Both the position numbers and the translations under genes were made by a program. From the NCBI GenBank assembly GCA_030390025.1, contig CM059431.1, positions 101,682,001 through 101,746,000 on the forward strand: a DNA stretch of 64,000 bases, in the 5' to 3' direction. The DNA is from Squalus acanthias. Taxonomy: Eukaryota. Shown in pieces: positions 11,665 to 24,140 of the stretch. Numbering within the stretch: the stretch's first letter is position 1; each line of letters begins with the position of its first letter. The notes under the pieces were generated by a model. The model was given only the letters and a program-made list of their open reading frames with translations, did not search any database and was not told where the DNA came from.

Positions 11665-13115
11665 AGCCAGTGGCTCAGTGGGCAGCACCCTCGCCTCTGA
11701 GTCAGAAGGTTGTGGGTTCAAGTCCCAACTCCAGACACTTGAGCACAAAATCTAGGCTGACACTCCCAGTGCAGTACTGAGGGAGCGCCGCACTGTTGGA
11801 GGGGCAGTACTGAGGGAGTGCTGCACTGTCAGAGGGGCAGTACTGAGGGAGTGCTGCACTGTCGGAGGGGCAGTACTGAGGGAGTGCTGCACTGTCAGAG
11901 GGGCAGTACTGAGGGAGCGCTGCACTGTCGGAGGGGCAGTACTGAGGGAGCGCAGCACTGTCGGAGGGGCAGTACTGAGGGAGTGCTGCACTGTCAGAGG
12001 GGCAGTACTGAGGGAGCGCTGCACTGTCAGAGGGGCAGTACTGAGGGAGTGCCGCACTGTCGGAGGGGCAGTACTGAGGGAGCGCCACACTGTCGGAGGG
12101 GCAGTACTGAGGGAGTGCCGCACTGTCAGAGGGGCAGTACTGAGGGAGTGCCGCACTGTCGGAGGGGCAGTACTGAGGGAGTGCCGCACTGTCGGAGGGG
12201 CAGTACTGAGGGAGCGCCGCACTGTCGGAGGGTCAGTACTGAGGGAGCGCCGCACTGTCGGAGGGGAAGTACTGAGGGAGCGCTGCACTGTCGGAGGGTC
12301 AGTACTGAGGGAGTGCCGCACTGTCGGAGGGGCAGTACTGAGGGAGCGCCGCACTGTCAGAGGGGCAGTACTGAGGGAGCGCAGCACTGTCAGAGGGGCA
12401 GTACTGAGGGAGCGCCGCACTGTCAGAGGGGCAGTACTGAGGGAGCGCAGCACTGTCGGAGGGGCAGTACTGAGGGAGCGCCGCACTGTCAGAGGGGCAG
12501 TACTGAGGGAGCGCCGCACTGTAGGAGGGGCAGTACTGAGGGAGCGCCGCACTGTCGGAGGGGCAGTACTGAGGGAGCGCCGCACTGTCGGAGGGGCAGT
12601 ACTGAGGGAGCGCCGCACTGTCAGAGGGGCAGTACTGAGGGAGCGCCGCACTGTCGGAGGGGCAGTACTGAGGGAGAGCCTGCACTGTCAGGAGGGGCAG
12701 TACTGAGGGAGCGCCGCACTGTCGGAGGGGCAGTGCTGAGGGAGCGCCGCACTGTCGGAGGGGCAGTACTGAGGGAGCGCCGCACTGTCGGAAGGGCCGT
12801 CTTTCGGATGAGATATTAAACCCAGGCCCCGTCTACTCTCTCAGGTGAACGTAAAAGATCCCACGGCACTATTTCGAAGAAGAGCAGGGGAGTTCTCCCC
12901 AGTGTCCTGGCCAATATTTATCCCTCAACCCACGTAAAAAAAACCAGATTATCTGGTCATTATTTGTGGGAGCTTGCTGTGCGCAAATTGGCTGCCGCGT
13001 TTCCTACATTACAACAGTGACTCCAATTCAAAAGTACTTCATTGGCTGTAAAGTGCTTTGGGACGTCCGATGGTCGTGAAAGGTGCTGTAGAAATGCAAG
13101 TCTGTCTTTTTTTGT
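11665..13115 (+). mobile_element. Full-length tRNA-headed Deu-domain SINE with expanded internal minisatellite
   Basis: Pol III A box TGGCTCAGTGG at 11671-11681 and B box GGTTCAAGTCC at 11715-11725. Deu-like core (ctttcggatgagatattaaacccaggccc...aaagatcccacggcactatttcgaagaagagcagggg); 3' tail shared with the L2 fragments. Other copies or halves at about 1502-1829, 15095-15470, 25001-25735, 43345-43795, 53005-53420 and 63752-64000. Confidence 0.8.
11772..12792 (+). repeat. 33-bp minisatellite, about 31 units (cagtactgagggagcgccgcactgtcggagggg)
   Basis: Directly visible tandem array; 11-aa periodicity in the ORF track. Confidence 0.95.
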
Positions 13116-14081
13116 TTTTAAAAGTCAATATGGATTGTCTTAAATCTGTGTAACATTTTAATCAACCACATGCACTTTTGAAAGTTTAATCTAGGTTTTA
13201 GATCAACTTTGAACACAACACAGCTATTGTATAATGTACTTCAGCCCAGGTTACAACGTGAATCAAATACTAATTTTTACACAGTTCTCGGAGCGCTGAA
13301 GAGGAGTGCTAAGTTCTTCACAAATTTAGCTTTCAAAGCTTCTGGCTCAGTGTACGTTGTGGTGGGACAAATTACAGCGTAGCAAAATATAAAAAAAATC
13401 ATTTTTTTAGGCGCACTATTTCTAGCAATAGATCTGATGTAAGTTGTGCATTCTGTTACTGTGTAGAGTATGAATTGAGAATCAAACCGTAGCTCTTGGA
13501 ATTCTTTAACCCACAACTTGTATATTTATTAAAGGTTCGGTACATAGATGCATTTAACAACAACAACTTGTGTTTATATAGTAAAACGTCCCAAGGCGCT
13601 GCACAGGAGTATTTTAAGACAACAAATTTGACACCGTTCCACATAAGGATAAATTAGGGCAGGTGACCAAAAGGTTGCTCAAAGAGGTTGGTTTTAAGGA
13701 GCATCTTAAAGGAGGAGAGAGAGGTAGCGAGGTGGAGAGGTTTAGGCAGGGAATTCCAGAGCTTAGGGCCGAGGCAACAGAAGGCACGGCCACCAAAGGT
13801 TGAGCGATTATAATCAGGGATCCTCAAGAGGGCAGAATTAGAGGAGCGCAGATATCTCGGGGGGGATTGTGGAAGGGGGTTCTTTAAGGGGAAGCTTGAT
13901 AAACATGAGGGAGAAAGGAATAGAAGGTTATGTTGACAGGGTGAGATGAAGAGGGGTGGGAGGAGGCTCGTGTGGAGCATAAACACCGGCACGGACCAGT
14001 TGGGACCGAATGGCCTGTTTCTGTGCTGTACATTCTATGTAACATTCAAAGCTCAGTATTACCTTGGTTTTTTTTTTCCAG

Positions 14082-14164
14082 TGTATCAGGACCTACAACT
14101 CTGATTGGCATCTCGTTCACTACAAATATGAAGACTACTCGGGAGACTTCAGGCAGCTGCCAAA
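14082..14164 (+). CDS. DOCK9: DOCK9 coding exon (first in window), [27 protein letters not shown](N)
   Basis: ttccag acceptor and gtgagt donor; 83 nt, phase 0 to 2. Peptide matches the DOCK9 N-terminal region as I recall it ([28 protein letters not shown]). Confidence 0.93.
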
Positions 14165-15577
14165 GTGAGTGAATTATTTTCTCACTGATACTTCGTCTAC
14201 TTTTTGAAGTAAAACTGTTTCAGGTTAAAAATAGAGTCTCGCCTTCACAGCTGCATTTAAATGTCATGAATTACAAAGAGTTTAACATTTTGAATCCTAT
14301 CTAATTTCATGGATTAGTAGTTTTTCAAACAGCGAAAGAACTGACTCAAAGGAATTACTGTAGTGCACTGAATTAATGTCAGTCGAACTAATGCCATTAA
14401 TTCACAAAGTTTCTCTGAATAATAGTTGTCCATATGCGACTATTTAGAGGTTTTCTTGCCTCATCCCCCATCCCACCTCAGTCTGACTCCGCCCCTGCCT
14501 CAGCTCATCCGCTGCTGAAACCCTCGTCCATGCCTTTGTTACCTCCGGACTCGACTATTCCAGCGCTCTCCTGGCCGGCCTCCCATCTTCCACCCTCCGT
14601 AAACTGGAGCTCATCCAAAACAGGTCCCGTTCACCCATCACCCCTGTGCTCGCTGACCTACATTGGCTCCCGGTCCAGAAACGGCCTTGATTTTAAAATT
14701 CTCATCCTTGTTTTCAAATCTCTCCATGGCCTCGCCCCCTCCCTATCTCTGTAACCTCCTCCAGCTCTATAACCCTCCGGGATCTCTGCGCTCCTCCAAT
14801 TCTGGCCTCTTCCGTATCCCTGATTTTCATCACTCCACCATTGGCGGCCGTGCCTTCAGCTGTCTAGGCCCCAAGCTCTGGAATTCCCTCCCTAAACCTC
14901 TCCGCCTCTCTACCTCTCTCTCCTCCTTTAAGATGCTCAAGCTTTTGGTCACCTGCCCTAATATGTGGTTCAGTGTCGCATTTTGTTTGATTACGCTCCT
15001 GTCAATCGCCTCGGGACGTTTTACAAAGTTAGGCGCTATATAAATGCAAGTTGTTGTTATTAACATCAAGTTGTTGCTCTCGAAAGCTTTCACTGGCTGA
15101 CACTCCCAGTGCAGTGCTGAGGGAGTGCTGCACTGTCGGAGGCGCCGTCTTTCGGATGAGACGTTAAACCGAGGCCCCGTCTGCTCTCTCAGGTGGATGT
15201 AAAAGATCGCACGGGCACTATTTCGAAGAAGAGCAGGGGAGTTCTCCCCAGTGTCCTGGCCAATATCTATCCCTCAATCAACATCACTAAATCAGATTTA
15301 TCTGGTCATTATCACATTGCTGTTTGTGGGAGCTTGCTGTGCGCAAATTGGGCTGCCATGTTTCCTGCATTACACCAGTGACTACACTTCAAAAAGTACT
15401 TCATTGGCTGTAAAGCACTTTGGGACGTCCGGTGGACGTGAAAGGCGCTATAGAAATGCAAGTCTTCTTTTACAAATTGCTGCCTTATTTTTGTTAAGCC
15501 CAGGTCTGGATTTTTGAAGAAAACGATTGTTTTATATTTGCCAGATTACGGTGTGTTTGTTTATTTTTTCCTGACAG

Positions 15578-15647
15578 CAAAACACCCAGACCAGAAAAGC
15601 TTCCAGTCCACATTTTTGAAGTTGATGAAGATGTTGACAAAGATGAG
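15578..15647 (+). CDS. DOCK9: DOCK9 exon, KTPRPEKLPVHIFEVDEDVDKDE
   Basis: ctgacag/gtagtt; 70 nt, phase 2 to 0; completes an AAC codon with the previous exon. Confidence 0.93.
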
Positions 15648-16131
15648 GTAGTTATCACGCATTCTCCTGCTTCGCTTGTGCACCAGTTACATGGGGAGAT
15701 CTGAACGGAATTACAGGGGCTGTTTTGCCCCGTTTCCCACCTCCAGCCTTGAAGTTCATCTTGATCCCAATGAACGACTGTGCACCCGAACCATTTAAGT
15801 ACTTGCTTCATATGCGCACAAGCACGTTGGACAGAAAAGGTAAATAGCAGGTTCGCTCACTCAAATCCAGTGGGCCAAATCTTGCTGGAGTGAGGCATCT
15901 CGCGGTGTGCCCCGTTAGCGAGGCTTTTTCCCCCTCGCCCTTCAGCTTTGTATCTCGCTGGGAGTGCGAGCTGATAACGGGGCGGCGAGGGCAAGGGGGC
16001 ATCTGGGACCTCGGTGAACGACAGGACCAACAAACCCATGGGATTAAAGGATTGAGAAAGAACGACGGAGAAGGAAATAGGGTGAATGAGAGTCAAATCA
16101 GGTACAGAGAGGGAAATAAAGAGAGGGAAAG

Positions 16132-16710
16132 TAACAACAACAGAAAACGCTGGAAACACTCAGCAGGCCAGGCGACATCCGTGGAGAGAGAAACAGAGTT
16201 AACGTTTCAGGTCGAAACCCTTCGTCAGAACTGAGAAAAAAGCAGGAAATGAAACAGATAAAAAAGCAAGGGGGAGGCTGGGGGGAGGAATAACTATGGT
16301 AAGTAGAGACATTAAGAGATGCTCAAGGCGAGACGAGATGGTAATGGGACAGGTTAAGAAACAAAGGGTGGCTAGAAGTGTGAAGTGTGAAATGCCGGCA
16401 GAATGAGAGACAGCTGCCGTAGGGGGAGAGAGAGAAAAAAAGGGAAAAAGGCACAAACCAAAAGGGTGGATAAAATGTATATATATATATATGTGGTAGG
16501 GGCCGAGGTTATGATCTGAAATTGTTGAACTCTATGTTGAGTCCAGAAGGCTGTAAAGTGCCTAATCGGAAGATGAGGTGCTGTTCCTCGAGCTTCCGCT
16601 GAGCTTCATTGGAACAATGCAAGAGGCCGAGGACGGTGAGATCAGAGTGGACGTGGAGGGGAGAATTAAAATGACAGGCGACCGGAAGCTCGGGGTCACC
16701 CTTACGGACT
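16132..16710 (-). mobile_element. Penelope-like element 3' fragment: GIY-YIG C-terminus, 3' UTR and hammerhead motif
   Basis: Minus-strand translation 16712-16509 gives SVRKGDPELPVACHFNSPLHVHSDLTVLGLLHCSNEAQRKLEEQHLIFRLGTLQPSGLNIEFNNFRS-stop. 11-bp TSD gagagggaaag at 16121-16131 and 16711-16721. Confidence 0.85.
16197..16232 (-). ncRNA. Minimal type I hammerhead ribozyme motif (Penelope-associated); further copies at 39011-39047 and 50142-50176, both on the - strand
   Basis: Minus strand reads AGUU-CUGACGA-A-GGGU-UUCG-ACCU-GAA-ACGU-U-AACU: conserved core, stem I AGUU/AACU, stem II, and palindromic ACGU stem III. Confidence 0.65.
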
Positions 16711-18296
16711 GAGAGGGAAAGAAAGATTGGATTAAGAGAGAGAGAAAAAAAGAGACAGAAAGGAAAAGTAAAAATTTAAAATTTGACTTTTTAAATTTCT
16801 GAGGACAATTTAGCACCTCCAAAGGAATGAGACTCCACGGTTTAAATTATTCCCACCCTGGGCCAGAGAGATTGATTGGCATTGCATTAATAATTATCAC
16901 ATCGTTAAATAGACACTTGGGCTCTTAAACTCGCTGCAGAATGTCAAGTCTGGTAATTAACGGGCAATTGAAGCGCAAATCCAGCAAGTTCTTAAAAATA
17001 ACGAGGAGGCTCTGAAGTCAGTGGGCTGGATCCTGCTGGAACAATAACTGGAGTCTTAACCATGCACCCCGTTATTCATGTGCAAATCGACCAGCAAGTT
17101 CTGAAGCTTCGCAATTCACGGCGTATCTCTTCATCCCCTGAACTTGCTGGGCCCATTTGTGCGTCGTTAACACACCGTTACTGTTCCAGCAAGATTCAGC
17201 CCGTGCACTTCAGATCTGATTTTGAAGACTGCAGAGTATCGTAATTTACCCGGATTGCACAGTTTTAGGTTTGAAAAGCCGTTGATTTCGAATCATTGTG
17301 CGTTTCAAGCTGTAATGTGAATACAGCTTTAACTGAAAAACAATTGGATAAACAGTTCTTGCATTTACGACTGAAGGAACTGCTAGCATCCAATAGATAT
17401 TGATTGAAATGTTTCATAAGAACATCAGAATTAGGAGCAGGAGTCGGCTATTCAGCCCTTCGAGCCTGCTCCGCCATTCAATAAGATCATTGCTGATCTT
17501 CGACCTCAATTCCACTTTCCCGCCCGATCCCCATATCCCTTGATTCCCCTACAGTCCAAAAATCTATCGATCTCAGTCTTGAATATGCTCAACGATTCAG
17601 CATTCACAGCCCTCTGGATTCACAACCCTCTGAGTGAAGAAATTCCTCCTCATCTCAGTCTTAAATGGGCAACCCCTTATTCTGAGACTGTGACCCCTGG
17701 TTTTAGACATTCCAGCCCAGGGGAAACAACCTCTCAGCATCTACCCTGTCAATCACCCTCAGAATCTTATATGTTTCAACGAGATCAGCTCTCATTCTTC
17801 TAAACTCCAGAGACTATACGTCCATTTTACTCAATCTCTCCTCGTAGGAAAGCCCTCTCATCAATTTAGTGAACCTTTGTTGCACTGCCTCTAAGGCATG
17901 TATGTCCTTCCTCAGATAAGGAGGCCAAAACTGTACATAAGTATATCCTTCCTTAGGTACGGAGACCAAAATAGTACACAGTAGTCCAGGTGTGGACTCA
18001 CCAAAGCCCTATATAATTGCAGTAAGACTTCCTTACTCTTGTATTTCAGTCCCCTTGCAATAAAGGCCAACATACCATTTGCTTTCCAAATTGCTTGCTG
18101 TGCCTGCATGTTAACTTTCAGTGATTCGTGTACAAGGACACCCAAATCCCTCTGAACATCAACATTTAAAAGTTTCTCACCATTTTTTCTATTCTTCCTA
18201 CCAAAGTGAATAACCTCACATTTCCCCACGTTATAATCCATCTGCCACCTTCTTCCCCACTCACTTAACTTGTCTATATCCCTTTGCAGACTCTTT

Positions 18297-18903
18297 GGGC
18301 TGGATTTTGAATGACCCATGGAGTCGGGTTTGGAGGCGTGTGGGGGGTTAAATTTGCGGGGTCGGGGTTTCCGACCCCATCCCGACTCCATCCCGCCTCC
18401 ATGCAATTTTGACATAATCAGTCGCGGGGTTCCCGACTCCGTCCCGCCTTCAAGAGGCGGGAGAGGCCATTAAAGCCCTTAACAAGCTCTAAATTGGCTC
18501 TGTAATGCCATTTTGAAACGCTGTAGCTAGTTTAACCCTCTTCTGACGTGAAGCACGCCTGGTGTGAAACACTCCAGTGAAACCTGGCGGGAGCACAAGT
18601 GGATAGCTGACTATCAGCTGCAGGTCCACTATTACAACGGAGATGTGATGAAGGTAGTAGTAGTAGTATTAGGTCTGAACGTCGCCTCTGATGCTGCTGC
18701 ATTGAATGTCTTCAGAGACTATGATGACATCATCAGAGGCGACTTTGAAAACACTAATTAGTTCATGGGTTCCCACATGCTCCAACTCAATTGCCCAATT
18801 AAGTGAAAATTGCATCAGGCATCCACATTAATCTGGAGTCGGGGGGGAAACACGAAATGCGGATTACACGACCCCAACCCGACCCCAAGACAAAATCCAG
18901 CCC
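18297..18903. mobile_element. PIF/Harbinger-like MITE inserted in a CR1 fragment
   Basis: Perfect 13-bp TIR gggctggattttg...caaaatccagccc; 3-bp TSD ttt; the host CR1 is continuous across it (gcagactc-ttt-gtgtcctcctcac). Confidence 0.85.
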
Positions 18904-21219
18904 TTTGTGTCCTCCTCACAGCTTACGTTCCCGCCTCGCTTTGTATCCCATAATAGTTTTGAAATTATTGGATGTGCTACTTGGACTCTAAATGAACTTC
19001 TACAGTTGTAAAGATCTTCTGATCCTTCGTTATGCACTAATGTTTCCATAATTTAAAATAGTGTGATTACTGGAGTACAGTCCTGGGCACTGCACCTTAT
19101 ATCCTTGGAAGGAGGGCAGCGCAGATTCACCAGAATGCTTTCAGGGCTCCACGGGTTAGATTATGAGGAGAGATGACACAAACTAGGCTTGTGTACCCTG
19201 GAGTATAGAAGGTTAAGGGTTGATTTGATTGAGGTTTATTAGGATTTGAAAGGAATCAATAGGACAGATGGAGAGAAACTTTTTCCACTGGTTGGGGAGG
19301 CTACGTCAAGGGGACATAACCTTAAACTCAGAGCCAGGCCGTTCAGGAGAGAAGTTCGGAAACACTTGTTCACGCAAAGGGTGGTAGAAATGTGGAGCGC
19401 ACTCTGTCACAAAAAAGCAGTAGCTGCCAGCTCAATTAATAATTTTAAATTGGAGATGGATAGATTTTTGCTGGACAAAGGTGTAAAAGGATGTGGGGCC
19501 AAGGCGGGTGGATGGAGTTAGGATACAGATCGGCCATGATCTAATTGAACGGCGGAACAGGCTCAAGGGGCTGAGTGGCCTCTTCCTGTTCCTATTTACT
19601 GGAAGTCTTTGAAGATAGAGATCACAAAATAAGAACATCAGAAATAGGAGCAGGAGTCGGCCATTAGGCCCCTCGAGCCTGCTCCAACATTCAATAAGAT
19701 CATGGATGATCTTCTACCACATCTCCACTTTCCTGCACTATCTCCATATCCCTTGATTCCCTTAATATTCAAAAATCTATCGATCTCTGTCTTGAATATA
19801 CTCAACGACTGAACCTCCACAGTCCTCTGGGGTAGAGAATTCCAAAAATTCACCACCCTCTGAGTGAAGAAATTTCTCCTCATCTCAGTTCTAAATGGCC
19901 GACCCCTTATTCTGAGACTGTGACCCCTGGTTCTAGACTCTCCAGCCAGGGGAAACATCCTCCCTGCATCTACCCTGTCAAGCCCTGTAAGAATCTTGTA
20001 TGTTTCAATGAGATCACACCTCATTCTTCTAAACTCTGGAGAATATAGGCCTAGTCTACTTAATCTCTCCTCATAGGACAATCCTCCCATCCCAGGAACC
20101 AGTCTGGTGAACCTTCGTTGGACTCCCTCTATGGCAAGTATATCCTTCCTTAGGTAAGGAGACCAAAACTGTACACAATTCTCCAGGTGTGGTCTCACCA
20201 GGGCCCTGTATAATTGCAGTAAGACATCTTTACTCTTATATTCAAATCCTCTTGTAATAAAGGCCATTACCAACAAGGACATTGATCCATTTTTCCTCTT
20301 TTTGAGGAACTGTGAATAAGAACAGATAACTCTTGTCTTTGTAAAACTTTCTTATCCAAGCCTGTGTTGTGTTCAGGAAAAGGCTCCCAACCCAAACTCC
20401 GGTGAGTGCTCCCAAGATAACAGAGTGTGGTAATGTGGCTTCCAGCAATCCAGTTCAACGCATCCTAAAGTTCACTCTGTGTTTATACTTTATATGTTGT
20501 ACTATATCAACTGAGATTCCTGTGGTTCTCTTGTTTTGAAATACTTAATCTTTGCGGTCTCCCTCCTCTGTATTTTTGTGTGATGGAAGATGTCCAGCAG
20601 TCTGGCCGGGGTCTTGTACATGCCCATCTGCAAATAATAAGGATGAGGTTGGAGGCTTTAATGTGCTAAAATTGTTAACTTGTGGTAACTCCTGATGGCA
20701 AAAAGTTATGAAGGGTTGTGATAGAGTAAATAAGGAGACAACTGTTCCCACTGGTGGGAGGGGTGGTAACCAGAGGACACAGATTTAAGTCAATTGGCAA
20801 AAGAACCAGAGGGGAAATTTTTTTAACGCAGCGAGTTGTTGTGACCTGGAATGCGCTGCCTGAAAGGGCGGTGGAAGCAGATTCAATACTAACTTTCAAA
20901 AGGGAATTGGATAAATACTTGAAAAGGAGAAATTTGCAGGGCTATGGGGAAAGAGCAGGGGGGAGCGGGACGAATTGGGGAGCTCTTTCAAAGAGCCGGC
21001 ACAGGCACGATGGGCCGAATGGCCTCCTCCCTATGCTGTACGATTCGATGATTCAGTTGTTTGAGAGAAAGTAATATATGGCTGTCAAATTTCATTTAAT
21101 ACAGTAGCTCTCCCATCATGGCACATAATCAGTGACGGGAACTCCTGCAGGGAACAGGGCAGAACGTTGGCCCAGCTCTGTGCTTGCCAGAGGCTACAGT
21201 TTTGTTGTATGTACATCTT

Positions 21220-21837
21220 GGCCCAAAATTTGCGATTGGAGGCTTTCTACGCATTTACCTGGTGGTCCGGGAGGTACGGAGACTCGCGATCCTGGGCCTC
21301 TCCGGGTCCGCGCGGGTAGCGGCCCACGTATCCCAGGGTGCAAGCGGTTCTCAAGCGCCCCTGGAATAACGTGGGCCGGCCCAACCAATAAAAGAAAGGA
21401 ATCCCCATTCATACTTACGGGAGTTTCGTAAGTACGGAATCCCCATAAGTATGAATGGGGATCACTTAAAAAAAAATACACCAACACATGCAATTAAAAA
21501 AAAATACATATTTAAAATGCCATTAAATTAAATATTTTAAACAAAAATGTAATTTATTGAATTTTTTTTAAATATGTTTTAATGGGGCTAAAAATAAACT
21601 TATCTTATTGGACAGGGTTTTTAATGTCTAAATGAGTGATAAAATTTTATTTTTCTATTTTTTTAAAACTCTTATGCTGGTAAAAGCAGGCGTAAGAATT
21701 TCACAGGCATTCAGCGGGCGGAAGTTGAGCAAATAGCGCCACTCTCTGCCTGCAGACGCCCTTCGCGTGCCTGAACCCGGAACTTGCGCGGCCCCTACGG
21801 GCTCGTACGCACCCGTGGGGTCGCCAAATACGGCCCC
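21220..21837. mobile_element. Probable Harbinger-like MITE (CpG-rich ends, AT-rich middle)
   Basis: Imperfect TIR ggcccaaaatttgcga / tcgccaaatacggcccc; internal inverted repeat at 21401-21462. Confidence 0.5.
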
Positions 21838-23469
21838 TTGTCTCTTTTATCTTTAGTCGGAGACCACGGACATCAACTGAACATAATTGTGATTCGAATT
21901 TTTAGTGGCCAGAATGGTTGGAATCTACAGCGCTTCAATATCCCTGCCGTTCCGATGTCATTTAACTCTCTTCAGTCAATCGAATTTGAAGTAATGTGTA
22001 TTCCGGTGCAGGTTTATGATTATATAAAGGTCAGGCTAATCAGCGCTGTAAAGGGGGGAAAAAAACCAACAAACTGCTGACGTCCAAGTATTTAGACTCC
22101 ACCCCAATATAAAATAAATAGCGTTAGTGGTTGGATAATCTCCTGTCTGTTTGGCTTTGGACAAAATGATTTGCAGCACATCTCAATTTTGAGTCGATCT
22201 GGCGATTTGCCTTTGCAAATATTGCATACAATCACCTTTTTATGGACTAGGCTAAAACCATGTTGGGCGAAGAATTGTTTAGCAAAACATGAAAGTTGAG
22301 GAATATTAATTTTGTCCTTTAAACTATAAAGTTGAACCTTAAAAAGCAGGACTTTGATGATGTGCCAATCCTTCGTTGGCACAGTTTGTAGGATTAGTCT
22401 CAAAGTAGAAATTGCAAAACCCTTGTAAATGTAATTGAAATCTTCAGTGCTTTGCGACCAGATTGTTTTTCTCAATTAAAAAAAATTGCAACAGTTCAAA
22501 TGATCTGATTTTATGCAGAGATTGTTTCTGGATCTAGGCTGTGATGGATGCTTGGCCACATTTCCCTGGTTGGCACGATTCAAGCGTGGTACCCCTACAC
22601 TCTTTTCTGCTCCCTTCCTGCCTGGGTTCAATAAGCAAACGCAACATGTCTTGTGTTACTGATCCGTATAGAACACCAAGTTTCCAGGTCCAATCTCGGT
22701 TCAAAGAGAGAAACTATTTACTCTGGTGGGGGGGGTGGGGGAGTCCAGAACAAGGGGGCACAATCTTAAAATTAGAGCCAGGTCATTCAGGGGTGATGTC
22801 AGGAAGCACTTCTTCACACAAAGGGTGGTGGAAATCTGGAACTCTCCCCACAAAAGGCTGTTGAGGCTGGGAGTCAATTGAAAATTTCCAAACTGAGAGT
22901 GATAGATTTTTGTTCGGCAAAGGGTATTAAGGGTTATGGAACCAAGGTGGGTAGATGGAGTTAAGATACAGATCAGCCATGATCTGATTGAATGGTGGAA
23001 CAGGTTTGAGAGGCTGAATGGCCTCCTCCTGTTCCTATGTTTTTAAATATCAGCCTAAATGGCAGTGAGGCTGTTGCAGTCAGTCTCTACTTTGGCGGGG
23101 GCAGGGGGCGGTGAGTAGAAAATAAATTGCTCATAATTACTGTCCTGATTTTGTGGACAGAATCAGGTTCAGGTGTGATGATCTCCATGGATCAATAACT
23201 CGTTGACTCTCGCTTTAGCCTCGCACGTCAAGTATACCACTTGAGTGAGGTTCTGGAGGGCCACTGTTGCTTTCTAAAAACCGTCCTCCAATGTTAGGTT
23301 CGACTTCAGAAAATACCCCTAATAATTAGGATGCACTGATTTGTAGAGATACATGTTAGAATGTGTTGTGCACTTGGTAAAAAAAAATTATTTGAGGAGT
23401 TTCACCACCTGCAGAGCAAATCTTAGTTTCATGAATTGGTAAGGTTGAAGATCCTTCTTTTTAATATAG

Positions 23470-23565
23470 GATACGGCTTCTCTCGGATCACAGAAAGGAG
23501 GGATCACGAAACAAGGATGGCTGCACAAGGGCAACATGAACAGTGCCATCAGTGTAACCATGAGG
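23470..23565 (+). CDS. DOCK9: DOCK9 exon, start of PH domain, [32 protein letters not shown]
   Basis: aatatag/gtaaga; 96 nt, phase 0. Confidence 0.95.
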
Positions 23566-23732
23566 GTAAGAGTTCTATTGCAGTTGTTTTTTTTAGTTTT
23601 ACATTGTACATTAAAATGGACCTTTAAACTAGTTCCAAATATTTTTCACTCTAACAAGTAACTTTAAATTAATCAATGGTGCTCAGTAGTTTAAAAAAAA
23701 AATTAGGATTGCACATATCCTGGAACTCCACA

Positions 23733-24140
23733 GGTGCAGTAGCATAGTGGTTATGTTACTGGTCTAGTAATCCAGAGGCCTGGACTGATGATCTGGAGAC
23801 GTGAGTTCGAATCCCACCACGGCAGCTGGGGAATTTAAATTCAGTTAATGAAATAAATCTGGAATAAATAAGTAAAAAGGTATTATCAGTGATGGTGACC
23901 ATGAAACTACTGGATTGTCGTAAAAACCCATCTGGTTCATTGATGTCCTCTAGGGAAGGAAATCTGCCGCCTTTACCCGGTCTGGCCTGTATGTGACTCC
24001 AGACCCACAGCAATGTGGTTGACTCTTAACTGCCCTCTGAAATGGCCCAGCGAGACACTCAGTTGTACCAAAGGACAATTCGGGATGGGCAATAAATGCT
24101 GGCATTGCTAGTGATGTCCACATCCCATGAATATTTAAAA
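23733..24140 (+). mobile_element. Second tRNA-derived SINE family; tail shared with the 7220-7822 LINE
   Basis: A-box-like tagcatagtgg, B-box-like gagttcgaatcc, tail ggatgggcaataaatgctggc. Another copy lies at about 40047-40860. Confidence 0.7.

Larger units (their letters stand above)
15872..17202. mobile_element. Non-autonomous TIR element (PIF/Harbinger-like ends) hosting a Penelope insertion
   Basis: Left end gggccaaatcttgctgga versus reverse complement of right end gggctgaatcttgctgga (16/18 match); no clear TSD. Confidence 0.6.

Noticed and set aside
11665..11735. tRNA gene
   Set aside because: A and B boxes are present, but the sequence is the head of a SINE and continues into the Deu core; not a stand-alone tRNA.
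11702..12819. Long repetitive ORFs (SDSAALPQYCP / STAPPTVRRSL / HCRRGSTEGAP), also at 57004-58896
   Set aside because: By-product of a stop-poor 33-bp repeat inside a SINE; open in several frames on both strands, with no splice or start context.
1..14081. Further upstream DOCK9 exon
   Set aside because: I found no segment encoding the expected preceding peptide with splice sites. It probably lies before the window, though a diverged exon could have been missed.
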